Source: Candidatus Thermosaccharophagus tengchongensis
GTDB taxonomy: Bacteria > Armatimonadota > Fervidibacteria > Fervidibacterales > Thermosaccharophagaceae
Assembly (NCBI GenBank): GCA_032161105.1
Contig: JAVHTD010000006.1
Direction: 5' to 3' (one strand)
DNA length: 64,000 bases
Positions within the stretch are counted from its first letter, which is position 1. Each line of letters starts with the position of its first letter. This document shows positions 40,437-49,701 of the stretch, piece by piece. A model generated the notes under the pieces. The model did not search any database, had not been told where the DNA came from, and saw nothing but the letters and a program-made list of their open reading frames with translations. The position numbers and the translations under genes are program-made.

Positions 40437-41381
40437 TTAAGCTCCCTCACATTCGGATGACAGCTTTGCAACGGCATCTTCAATTCCCCTTGGATCTTCA
40501 ACTTGGATGACCTTCGCCTCGGGGAGCGTTTGCAATATGAGTTGCGATAGGACTTTCCTCGGTCCGACTTCAACGAACCACCTAACGCCGTTGTCCCAAA
40601 GCCATTGAATGCTCTCAACCCATCGCACCGGCGATGTTAGCTGCAATGCCAACAGACGGCGCAATTCGGTTTCCCGTGTTATCGGTCGAGCGGTAACATT
40701 CGCCACAAGCGGTATGTCGGAATCGCGCATCTTTGCATTCTTCAAGGCTTCCTCAAGTTGCGAAGCTATTGGCTGCATCAGCGGTGAATGGAAGCCGCCG
40801 CTGACTCGGAGCATGACAACCCTCTGTATGCCGAAGCTCTTTGCAAGCCTTGCCGCTTCTTCTACGGCACTAACTTCACCGGAGATGACTATTTGAGATG
40901 GGCTATTGTAATTGGCTACGACTATGATTCCCTTCTCCTTGGCGCACTCACAAAGCTTGTTGACTTGTTCAATGTCGCCGCCAATGAGCGCAGCCATTGC
41001 CCCCTTCGCGGCGGCGTTCATCAGTTCAGCGCGCCTCAGCACAAGCTTGAGACCGGTTTCAAAATCATAGAAGCCGGCACACATTGCTGCGCTCCACTCG
41101 CCGAGGCTGTGCCCGGCAACATAGCTCGGCTTTAAGCCGTTGCGTGAGAGGATGGTCCAAACAGCGCAGCTTACAAGGTAAATGCAGGGCTGCGCGTTCA
41201 GCGTCAGTGTAAGTTCATCCATCGGACCATCAAAGCAGAGCTTTGTTAAGCTCCTTTTTGCGACCTCATCGGAAAGCGAGAACAGCTGGCGCACCTCATC
41301 AAATGCCTCGTATAGTGCCTTGCCCATGCCAACATACTGTGAACCCTGTCCCGGAAACACAAACGCCACCCTCTCCATCAC
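40437..41381 (-). CDS. fabD: Malonyl-CoA:ACP transacylase
   Basis: FPGQGSQYVGMG, GHSLGE, GFHSPLM, PVRW. Confidence 0.96.
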   Translation of the reverse strand: MMERVAFVFPGQGSQYVGMGKALYEAFDEVRQLFSLSDEVAKRSLTKLCFDGPMDELTLTLNAQPCIYLVSCAVWTILSRNGLKPSYVAGHSLGEWSAAMCAGFYDFETGLKLVLRRAELMNAAAKGAMAALIGGDIEQVNKLCECAKEKGIIVVANYNSPSQIVISGEVSAVEEAARLAKSFGIQRVVMLRVSGGFHSPLMQPIASQLEEALKNAKMRDSDIPLVANVTARPITRETELRRLLALQLTSPVRWVESIQWLWDNGVRWFVEVGPRKVLSQLILQTLPEAKVIQVEDPRGIEDAVAKLSSECEGA

Positions 41382-41382
41382 G

Positions 41383-42378
41383 TCACCACCTCAGGACACA
41401 CGATGCCCAACTAAGTCCGCCCCCAAAGCTCGTGCAGACGACTATGTCGCCGCGCTTAACGATGCCGAGCTTCTTGGCTTCCGCCAATGCAATCGGTATT
41501 GATGCTGCAGATGTATTGCCGTATCTGTCCACATTGACAAACATGCGTTCAAGCGGGATTTGGAGCCGCTCCGCTGCTGCCTGCATAATTCGCATGTTGG
41601 CTTGGTGCGGCACAAACAGGTTCACATGGCTTGTATCAAGTCCGCAGGCTTGCAGAGCTCGCTTGGTTGATTCAGCCATTGCTCTGACGGCAAACCTGAA
41701 CACCTCACTCCCATTCATGGTCAGCGAATGCGCTTCCTCAAGTAGGCTCATAACCGATGCCGGGCGATATGAGCCTCCGGCTTCTATTTTCAAAAGGTTG
41801 CTTCCGGAGCCGTCGGAGCCGAGGTCAAACCCAAGCAGCCCGCATCCGTCATCAACCGGCGCAATAACTGCAGCGCCGGCACCATCGCCGAATAGGACGC
41901 ATGTGCGCCTGTCTCGCCAGTTGATGAACCTTGAAAAGACATCGGTGCCGATGACCAAGACATTCTCAAATGCGCCACATGAGACCATTTGCGACGCTAT
42001 GACCAGTCCGTAAACGAAGCCCGTGCATCCAACGAGCAGGTCAAATGCTGCGGCACCATTTGCACCGAGCGCGTCCTGAATCAGGCATGCCGTGGCTGGG
42101 AAGATGTAGTCTGGCGTTATAGTGGCGACGATTACGCACTGCACATCAGTCGGGCTCATTCCCGCATCCGTTATGGCTTCCATTGCAGCTTTGGTGCCCA
42201 GTGTCGCAGCCGTCTCGTCCTTTGAAGCTATGCGCCTTTCGCGTATGCCCGTTCGCTCAATTATCCATTGGTCGCTCGTCTCAACGAGCTTTTGCAAGTC
42301 GGCATTCGTCAGGATGCGTTTTGGCAGGTATGCACCAATCCCCTTTATCCCTGCTGACCTCAAATTGCAACTCGCCAT
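41383..42378 (-). CDS. fabH: Beta-ketoacyl-ACP synthase III
   Basis: RTGIRERR, GCTGF, FGDGAGA, PHQAN, YGNTSAAS. Confidence 0.96.
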   Translation of the reverse strand: MASCNLRSAGIKGIGAYLPKRILTNADLQKLVETSDQWIIERTGIRERRIASKDETAATLGTKAAMEAITDAGMSPTDVQCVIVATITPDYIFPATACLIQDALGANGAAAFDLLVGCTGFVYGLVIASQMVSCGAFENVLVIGTDVFSRFINWRDRRTCVLFGDGAGAAVIAPVDDGCGLLGFDLGSDGSGSNLLKIEAGGSYRPASVMSLLEEAHSLTMNGSEVFRFAVRAMAESTKRALQACGLDTSHVNLFVPHQANMRIMQAAAERLQIPLERMFVNVDRYGNTSAASIPIALAEAKKLGIVKRGDIVVCTSFGGGLSWASCVLRW

Positions 42379-42499
42379 CAGCCATCACCGCCAGAGGTGA
42401 GCATTTCTCACGAGTTGTTTGGGTGTCTTGAGATTTGGTGGTTGTAAATGCAATTGATTGCCCGTCGCAGCTGAGGGTTGAGCGGCGCTATCACACGCA

Positions 42500-44005
42500 T
42501 CATTCAATCCCCAACTTGCCAACCCTCCTTTGGATAGCCATCCTGTAGGCGCGCTCATACTCTTGTGCGGAATGCTTCCATGAGTAATCGGCGCTCATGG
42601 CATTCAGCATGGCATTGCGCCACAGCTGTGGCTTGCCGTTATAGATTGAGAGAGCCCTTTCAATTGCGCTCAGCATTTCCGTTGCATCAAACTTGCGGAA
42701 ACAAAAACCATTGCCCTCACCAGTCGCTTCATCCAACTCTTTCACCGTGTCCGCAAGACCGCCGGTGTGATGCACGATTGGCAGCGTCCCATAGCGCATG
42801 CTTATCATTTGACCGAGACCGCATGGCTCATACCTTGACGGCATGAGAAACATATCAGAGCCGGCGTAGATCAAATGCGCCAAAGGCTCATCGTATACGC
42901 CTATGCGCGCGCCAACCTTCGTCGGATACGCTTTGGCGAGGTTGATGAATGCGTTCTCATACCTCTCTTCGCCAGCCCCGAGGATGACCAGTTGCAAGTC
43001 ATGCTTTGAGAGGAGCTCATCGGCGACCTCAATGAGCAAGTCAAATCCCTTCTGCCATGTCAGCCTTGCCACTACCCCAATGACCGGCTTTTGCTCATCA
43101 ACTGGCAGCCCGAGCGATTCTTGGAGATGGACTTTATTCCTGCGCTTCATCTCAATTGTGGAGGCATCGTATCTGGCATGGATGAGCTTGTCCGTCTTCG
43201 GGTTCCAAATCTCGTAGTCAACGCCATTCAGTATCCCAACGAGGTCATTGGAACGGCTTAAGAGCAAACCGTGAAAGCCCTCACCGAACTCCGCTGTCTG
43301 TATCTCCTGAGCATATCTCGGACTAACTGTTGTGAGCATGTCCGAGTAATACAGCCCAGCCTTCATGAACGAAAAGTGACCGTAAAACTCAACACCGTTG
43401 ATGCTGAATGTCTCCCAAGGCAATCCGACATCGCTAAGCAGCGCCGGGGAGAAGTTGCCTTGGTAGCCCAAGTTGTGTATGGTGAACAAAGTGGCAGTCC
43501 GCGCGAAGAAGCCATCATAAAGGTCTGTCGTGTTCAGGTATGCCGGGATAAGCCCAGTTTGCCAGTCGTTGCAGTGAATGACATTTGGTTGAAAGCAAAT
43601 TGCCTTCGCCAATTCAAGCGCTGCCCGACAGAAGAGAGCGAACCTGAGCGCATCGTCGTGGTAGCCGTAAAGGTGTGGGCGGTTGTAGAACTCGGGATAG
43701 TCAAGCAGGTATAGTTCAACGCCGGCGATAGCATAGCATCGTTCAATGCCAACCCTGTAAACGGAGTTGCCGAGCTTGACGGGGAGAGACTTGAAGATGG
43801 TCCTTGTGCGCCACTTGCCCTTGGCGATGGCTTCATACTTCGGGAGCAGCGCACGGACATCGTGCTTTAGCCCCCTTAAAGCCTTCGGAAGCGCCCCGGC
43901 AACATCAGCGAGCCCGCCTGTTTTAGCCAGCGGTGTCATCTCCGAGGCGAGATAGAGTATGCGAAGCCGTCCACTCGCCCTCACGCGTTGGTCAGTTTGA
44001 GACAT
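42500..44005 (-). CDS. glgA: Glycogen synthase
   Basis: KTGGLADV, HCNDWQT, TIHNL.YQG, PSRYEPCGL. Confidence 0.96.
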   Translation of the reverse strand: MSQTDQRVRASGRLRILYLASEMTPLAKTGGLADVAGALPKALRGLKHDVRALLPKYEAIAKGKWRTRTIFKSLPVKLGNSVYRVGIERCYAIAGVELYLLDYPEFYNRPHLYGYHDDALRFALFCRAALELAKAICFQPNVIHCNDWQTGLIPAYLNTTDLYDGFFARTATLFTIHNLGYQGNFSPALLSDVGLPWETFSINGVEFYGHFSFMKAGLYYSDMLTTVSPRYAQEIQTAEFGEGFHGLLLSRSNDLVGILNGVDYEIWNPKTDKLIHARYDASTIEMKRRNKVHLQESLGLPVDEQKPVIGVVARLTWQKGFDLLIEVADELLSKHDLQLVILGAGEERYENAFINLAKAYPTKVGARIGVYDEPLAHLIYAGSDMFLMPSRYEPCGLGQMISMRYGTLPIVHHTGGLADTVKELDEATGEGNGFCFRKFDATEMLSAIERALSIYNGKPQLWRNAMLNAMSADYSWKHSAQEYERAYRMAIQRRVGKLGIE

Positions 44006-44061
44006 CCTTTTGCCAACCCCCTCTTTTGAGTTACACTGTTAACGGCGCAGAAAGTTTCATC

Positions 44062-44454
44062 ATGAGTGTAGCGCAACAAAGGTGCGCGCAGCAATGGGGT
44101 GATGCGAGATTGTTGTTTGAGCGTCTCCCAAAGGACAGGGAGAGGGAAGTCATAGAGCGAATTGCGAGGAGGGTTATAAGTTACGGTTTGGAAGTGCCTG
44201 CAGTTCTTTTCCTTGAGCTCCATAAGCCGCTTGCTAACATTCTCGGTCACGGTCTGCTATTTGCCTTCCCATTCCTCGCCCCGTTCTTCGGAATTACTGC
44301 GTTGCATGAAGCTGGGGCAATATTGAGCACTGCCGATGGCATTGAAGCTCTCATAAAGCGGATTGAGGAACTCGCGTCGGAGAAGCGCTCGCAGAACGAA
44401 TGTAACGAATGTGCCGAAGGCGCGGAGCAAGCCATGACAACAAAATCAAGGTGA
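44062..44454 (+). CDS. Conserved hypothetical protein, first gene of the membrane cluster
   Basis: IERIARRV..YGLEVPAVLFLELHKPL with hydrophobic hairpin; probable start ATG 44062. Confidence 0.7.
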   Translation: MSVAQQRCAQQWGDARLLFERLPKDREREVIERIARRVISYGLEVPAVLFLELHKPLANILGHGLLFAFPFLAPFFGITALHEAGAILSTADGIEALIKRIEELASEKRSQNECNECAEGAEQAMTTKSR

Positions 44455-44532
44455 TGCCATCTCGGCATAGTGTTGTGCGTGCATCCGTGCAGGTGAACAT
44501 GATGGCAATTGTTATGGAAGTTGGTGAGACCG

Positions 44533-45315
44533 ATGGAACATGCACAGCTCATTCACCTGCTTGTTGTGGGCTCCGTCTCTGTGCTCATACTCTACGGGAT
44601 ACTTTCATCGCTGCGTGGCAGGAGCCTTTTCATACGCCGTTTGCCCGGCATTGATGCAATTGAGGAAGCAGTTGGCAGGGCTACGGAAATGGGTCGTCCC
44701 ATACTTTTCTCCGTCGGGCTTGGTGGAGTTGAGATTGAGACATTTCAAGCGCTTGCAATCGCAGGCTATGTGGCGAGGCTCGCCGGGCGGTATAGAAACA
44801 GGGTCATAGTGCCAGTCATTGATACGGTCGTCTACACGATTGCCGAGGAGGTCCTCAGGGAGGCTTATGCTGAGGCTGGTCATCCGGATGCTTTCAGAGC
44901 AGAGGATGTGCGTTTCCTTTCGGGAAGCCAGTTTGCGTATGCGTCTGGTGTCATCGGGATAATGAACCGAGAGAGGGTCGCCGCCAACTTCTTCTTCGGA
45001 CCATTTGCAGCTGAATCGCTCATACTTGCTGAGACGGGGCAATCCCTCGGAGCAATACAAATAGCTGGAACTGCATCAATGCTGCAAGTGCCGTTCTTCA
45101 TTGCCGCATGTGATTACACAATCATCGGCGAGGAATTTTACGCAGCCTCGGCGTATCTGTCACGAGACCCAATACACCTTGGCAGTGTCGCTGGTCAGGA
45201 CTATTCAAAGATACTGCTTGCCGCATTTACGCTCTCTGGGATGACCATTGCCACGCTCTCGCAATACTGGGTTGAACTTAGCAGCTTGCTCAAATTCCTC
45301 ACGGGTGGGCAGTGA
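44533..45315 (+). CDS. DUF6754-like membrane-anchored protein
   Basis: IRRLPG.DAIEEAVGRATEMG, FAAESLILAE, QVPFFIAACDY..IGEE.YAASAY; N- and C-terminal TMs. Confidence 0.8.
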   Translation: MEHAQLIHLLVVGSVSVLILYGILSSLRGRSLFIRRLPGIDAIEEAVGRATEMGRPILFSVGLGGVEIETFQALAIAGYVARLAGRYRNRVIVPVIDTVVYTIAEEVLREAYAEAGHPDAFRAEDVRFLSGSQFAYASGVIGIMNRERVAANFFFGPFAAESLILAETGQSLGAIQIAGTASMLQVPFFIAACDYTIIGEEFYAASAYLSRDPIHLGSVAGQDYSKILLAAFTLSGMTIATLSQYWVELSSLLKFLTGGQ

Positions 45316-45438
45316 CTGCGATGGGCAAATTTTGTGTGGCGCAATGCACATGGGGCTTGCTGTAAAATGAGCGCTGTTACACGGGTGCATTTTGGCTTCG
45401 CCTTATGCGCTCACGCTGTTAGCGAGGAGTGGTGAGGT

Positions 45439-46275
45439 GTGTTTCTGACGGTTGAGAGCATGGCATTGAACATTGCCCTCATGGCTCTTGCAGTTTGCAT
45501 CAGCATCGTCCTGCTCATCGCCTTGCATCACATTACTCCGGCTATGCGCATGCGAGTTATCATCGCCGTCACTTTCATCGCGGGCTTATACTACCCGCTT
45601 GAGTTCTTCATCCCCGACGGCACTGCCCTAACTCCATTCCGCAATCGTTATCTCACTCCGTGGTTGAATCCGCTTGGCGATGCCGTGGCTGTGATGGCTG
45701 CTTTCACAGTTGGGCTTGGAATCATGAACCTTTGCATCGTGCACGCAAGGAACATCGCTCAAAGGCGCGAGGGTTGGGGAAACAGCATTGCCTTCTTTGT
45801 GAGCATGGTGCTCATGTTTGTGGTGACGATGCTCAACCACTATGCGCCACAACTTTTTTCGGGCGAGGTTCCAAGTGGGCGCATTGGTCTTATCCCGGCC
45901 GCATTCAAAGTGCTGTTTGAGGGCGCTTATACGGCGCTCAACGCCACCGTCTTTTCACTGCTCGCCTTTTTCATCACATCGGCTGCCTATAGGGCATTTC
46001 GCATACGCACTGCTGAGGCTGTGTTGCTCATGGCAGGCGCCCTCATAGTCATGCTTGGGCAAGTGCCAGTGGGAATGTGGCTGACTCACTGGATACCGGA
46101 TGACAGCGTCTTCAGATTTTTGAGGTTTGAAGTGATGTCCGAATGGTTGCTATCAAACATAAACATGCCAGCGCAGCGGGGCATACTTTTCGGCGTTTGG
46201 GTTGGTGCACTTGCGATGGCTTTGAGGATATGGCTCAGCCTTGAAAGGGGTGGCTACTTCGGGAGGCAATTCTAA
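45439..46275 (+). CDS. Polytopic membrane protein (about 7 TM), DUF6754 cluster
   Basis: ATVFSLLAFFITSAAYRAFRIR..EA..L, MLGQVP.G, AQRGI..G. Confidence 0.8.
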   Translation: MFLTVESMALNIALMALAVCISIVLLIALHHITPAMRMRVIIAVTFIAGLYYPLEFFIPDGTALTPFRNRYLTPWLNPLGDAVAVMAAFTVGLGIMNLCIVHARNIAQRREGWGNSIAFFVSMVLMFVVTMLNHYAPQLFSGEVPSGRIGLIPAAFKVLFEGAYTALNATVFSLLAFFITSAAYRAFRIRTAEAVLLMAGALIVMLGQVPVGMWLTHWIPDDSVFRFLRFEVMSEWLLSNINMPAQRGILFGVWVGALAMALRIWLSLERGGYFGRQF

Positions 46276-46440
46276 ATGCGTTAATTGCGCATGGGCAGTG
46301 CAGCTATTAAATCTCACGCGGTGGCGTGTTTTAACAATGAGGTTGCCTTGAGGCTGTTGCTTACCGCTGCAAATGAGTGCCAAATGCGCAAGTTAAATGC
46401 GTTGGCGAAGGGAGCGCACTCAAGGGGGGCGATCTTTCGG

Positions 46441-47322
46441 GTGAGTTTAAATCGGTTGGCATCGTCAACACTCATCATGCTCTCTCGTTTTCAGCAGGTG
46501 GACAGGCGAATCATCTATGCGCTCGTTTGGGTTTTGATAGGCTTCCCAATAGTTGCACCATACATCGGCGTGAGGCTGCCAATACTGCCGATGTATCCGA
46601 CAAGGGCAGCACGCTCATTCTTTGAGGCGGTTGAGAGCATCCCAGATGATAAGGTTGTGTTAGTGGCGTGCGACTTTGACCCGGGCACACTCGGTGAAAA
46701 TGGACCACAATGCAGGGCTGTCATAGAGCACTTAATGCGGTGTAGAAAGAAATTCATCATCATGGGGCTTGACCAAGTTGGTCCGACTATAGCTCAGGCA
46801 TATGCTGAGGAGCTTGGGAAAAGATACGGCTATCGCTACGGGGTTGATTATTGCAACTTCGGTTGGATAACTGGCGGGCAGATGTTCCTTGAGAGGATGT
46901 GTCGTGACCTGCATGCCGCAGTTAAACAGGACAAGATGGGCACACCGATTAACGAGATTGCGATGATGCAGAATGTGCGTTCTGCGAAGGATATTGGGCT
47001 TGTCGTTGAGTTTACCGGCTCTGGCTTACTCCCTCTATACATTGCCACATTCCATGCGCAGTTTGGCGTCAAACTCGCGCAGGGCTGCACTGGGATTATC
47101 GGACCGGAGCAATTCCCATACTTGGACACTGGTCAACTTAGTGGCTTACTTGTTGGACTGAAAGGGGCTGCCGAATATGAGGAGATGCTGAAAACGGTTG
47201 GCGGTGGGAAGAGAACAATGCTGCCACAATCTGCCGGTCACTTGCTAATCATTATCCTTGTCCTTCTTGGCAACCTCGGGACATGGGCTGCAAGGCGAGC
47301 GGAGAGAGGGATGAGAGTATGA
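46441..47322 (+). CDS. Membrane-anchored alpha/beta protein, apparent paralogue of the DUF6754 protein
   Basis: DRRIIY, DFDPG..GE, YGVDY.NFGW, PYLDTGQL.GLL.GLKGAAEYE; start 46441 or 46477. Confidence 0.8.
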   Translation: MSLNRLASSTLIMLSRFQQVDRRIIYALVWVLIGFPIVAPYIGVRLPILPMYPTRAARSFFEAVESIPDDKVVLVACDFDPGTLGENGPQCRAVIEHLMRCRKKFIIMGLDQVGPTIAQAYAEELGKRYGYRYGVDYCNFGWITGGQMFLERMCRDLHAAVKQDKMGTPINEIAMMQNVRSAKDIGLVVEFTGSGLLPLYIATFHAQFGVKLAQGCTGIIGPEQFPYLDTGQLSGLLVGLKGAAEYEEMLKTVGGGKRTMLPQSAGHLLIIILVLLGNLGTWAARRAERGMRV

Positions 47323-48398
47323 GCTTGGACGAGCGCACTGTTGAAGTCATCACATACTTTGTGGCAGCTGCGTGCACACTCGGAATATACACAGTCTTAT
47401 ACCGTGAGAACAGACTTTTCAGGCTCTTTGAGCACATATTCATTGGCGTCGCTGCCGGATACGGTCTTGCGATAACGATAACCGAGGTCCTTGACCCAAG
47501 ATGGTTTAAACCGATGGTGACCGAGAATGCCGCCTTGATCAGCGCATGTGACAGTTTAGTCGGTTGGCAAGGCGCCTCACTTGATGAGCGGCTTAAAAAG
47601 GAAGGGAAGGCATCCATCAGGTGGGATGTGAAAGGTATCGGAGCAATTCGCTTTTCTGCACCGCCGTCTAACTGGTCCGATGCCAAGTATCTCAAACTTT
47701 GGGTGCACTCAAGGAAGCCATCTGGCGGGAGTGTGATTGTGCGCGTGGCGACAGCAGATGAGACGGGCAAGGTTAAAGGGTGGCTTAGCAACTCTATACC
47801 AATTGACTTTGCCGGGTGGCGTGAAGTAACGCTCTACATCAGCGAATTCTCAAGGGAAGGCGAAGTGAACTTAAAGACGGTGAGGGTGATTGAGTTTGCA
47901 GCCGATGATGCGCTTATTGCTGCTGGGACAGTTGTGCACATTGACAATGTGCGCCATTGTGTTGGGCGAAAGTGGTATTGGATATTGGCGCTCGTTTGTG
48001 GCTCGCTGTATTACACCATCTTCATCCCAAGGTTCGCGTGGATGAGCCGGTTGATAATCGGTGCTGTGATGGGCTTGCAATCTGGCTACACATTCAAGGC
48101 GTTTGTGCTCACATTTTATCCGCAGATTGCAAAGTCGCTTCGCCCAATATATGTGCCCGGGAACTTATCGCTCACGCTTAACAACATCATCTTCGTTGTC
48201 ACATTGCTCTGCGTGCTCATTTACTTTTTCTTCACCATTGAGCATAAGCATCCGGCGATTAGGACATCGGCTCGCATTGGCAGGCTGCTGTTGATGGTGA
48301 CATTTGGGTTGATATTCGGCAACACAGTGATGGCTCGTTTTTCGCTCTTCATCAAGCGCCTTGACTTCCTCATAACCCAATTCCCGTGGCTCAAATGA
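47319..48398 (+). CDS. Polytopic membrane protein with inserted CBM11/CIA30-like beta-sandwich
   Basis: YRENRLFRLFEHIFIGVAAGY; insert WSDAKYLKLWV...IDFAGWREV...HIDNV; YFFFT.EH, GR..LMVTFG..FGNTVM.R. Confidence 0.75.
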   Translation: MSLDERTVEVITYFVAAACTLGIYTVLYRENRLFRLFEHIFIGVAAGYGLAITITEVLDPRWFKPMVTENAALISACDSLVGWQGASLDERLKKEGKASIRWDVKGIGAIRFSAPPSNWSDAKYLKLWVHSRKPSGGSVIVRVATADETGKVKGWLSNSIPIDFAGWREVTLYISEFSREGEVNLKTVRVIEFAADDALIAAGTVVHIDNVRHCVGRKWYWILALVCGSLYYTIFIPRFAWMSRLIIGAVMGLQSGYTFKAFVLTFYPQIAKSLRPIYVPGNLSLTLNNIIFVVTLLCVLIYFFFTIEHKHPAIRTSARIGRLLLMVTFGLIFGNTVMARFSLFIKRLDFLITQFPWLK

Positions 48399-48516
48399 GT
48401 GAGGGCAAATCCATATCGCAAAAGGTGAGATTGCCATCCCACCGATGGAGTTTGCCATGTGGCGTGCGCTTTGAATTTGAGCGGCTTTGTCTTGAGCCGT
48501 GAGGTGAAGGCTCACA

Positions 48517-49203
48517 GTGTCTGACAAAAGCGGCGGTGCGCAAAGTGGCATGCGTGCAATAACAGCTGCAGTTGCACTGGCATGCATATTCATGGTTTGT
48601 TCCATTGTGCCAATCGTTAAGCCACTTGAGCGCATTGATGTTGCAGTTCTTAAGATGCTCAATCCAAACTGCGAACACAAGTTTGCTGATGAGTTCATGC
48701 TCGCCGCGACCCGTCTTGGAAAGAATGCGCTCTTTTGGGCGTTGCTGGTCGCATGGCTCTGGTTGTGCAGGGGCTTCAAAGGGATGATACATTCGTTAGT
48801 TGTGCTCCTGCTTGTGATCTCGCTCACGGACTTGCTCGTTGGCAAAGTGGCAAAGGGCTTGTGGAGACGACCTCGTCCGACATCGGTTGAAATGGATGTG
48901 CGCGCGATTGCGCCAACAGGCGGCTCGCCATCGTTCCCGTCAGCACATGCGGCAAATTGGTTTGCGGCTGCAAAGGCGCTCTCAAACTTCGTCCCGGAAG
49001 GCAAGCCATCATTGTTTGCCATTGCATCGCTCGTTGCCTACTCGCGGATATACCTCGGTGTGCACTACCCAAGCGATGTAATTGCAGGGTGCATCATCGG
49101 ATATGCGATGGCATTATTTGTGCTCTCACTGGTGGAACTGATGGCTGTGCGGCTGAAGCAGCATTGTAGCCGGCAAGCGGCAATTCATCGGCATGATTTG
49201 TGA
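48517..49203 (+). CDS. PAP2-family phosphatase (undecaprenyl-PP phosphatase-like)
   Basis: K....RPRP, SFPSAHA, SRIYLGVHYPSDV. Confidence 0.92.
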   Translation: MSDKSGGAQSGMRAITAAVALACIFMVCSIVPIVKPLERIDVAVLKMLNPNCEHKFADEFMLAATRLGKNALFWALLVAWLWLCRGFKGMIHSLVVLLLVISLTDLLVGKVAKGLWRRPRPTSVEMDVRAIAPTGGSPSFPSAHAANWFAAAKALSNFVPEGKPSLFAIASLVAYSRIYLGVHYPSDVIAGCIIGYAMALFVLSLVELMAVRLKQHCSRQAAIHRHDL

Positions 49204-49292
49204 TGCGCTCACCGCTAAGGTCGCTCTCGCTGTGAAAATGTTCACGGCTCAATGGCGTGTTCTCCCAAACTGGTGTTTAGGCGGTGACGATG

Positions 49293-49586
49293 ATGCGCAT
49301 GGATAAGTTTTTGAAGGCGGTTGGGCTTGTCAAGCGCAGGAGCATTGCGAAGCTCCTCTGCGATGCGAAAAGGGTTAAGCTCAACGGGCGGATAGCCAAG
49401 GCTGCAAGCGATGTTCATGTTGGTGATGTGATTGAAATTCGTTGGGGAGAGAGGATCGTTAGGGCGCATGTGCTCAAGGTGCCAGATGGGCATATCCCGA
49501 AAGGAATGCGCAATGAGTATGTGAGGACAAGCTCAGAGTGGCTGGGTTTTGAAGAGTTGGAGTTTGAGGCGCTATCGGATGAGTGA
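49293..49586 (+). CDS. S4-domain RNA-binding protein (RqcP/YabO/Hsp15-like)
   Basis: MRMDKFLK..GLVKRR..AK..CD..RV.LNG..AK...V.VGD.I. Confidence 0.88.
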   Translation: MRMDKFLKAVGLVKRRSIAKLLCDAKRVKLNGRIAKAASDVHVGDVIEIRWGERIVRAHVLKVPDGHIPKGMRNEYVRTSSEWLGFEELEFEALSDE

Positions 49587-49701
49587 GCAGCCGAATCTCA
49601 ACACCATCGTTGTGTGCCTGCCGTTAAGTGCAACTGCGATTTCGGAACGCAACTCTAAAGGTATGTAAACCACAATGCATGGTGAAGCGAGGTGAACGGG
49701 C

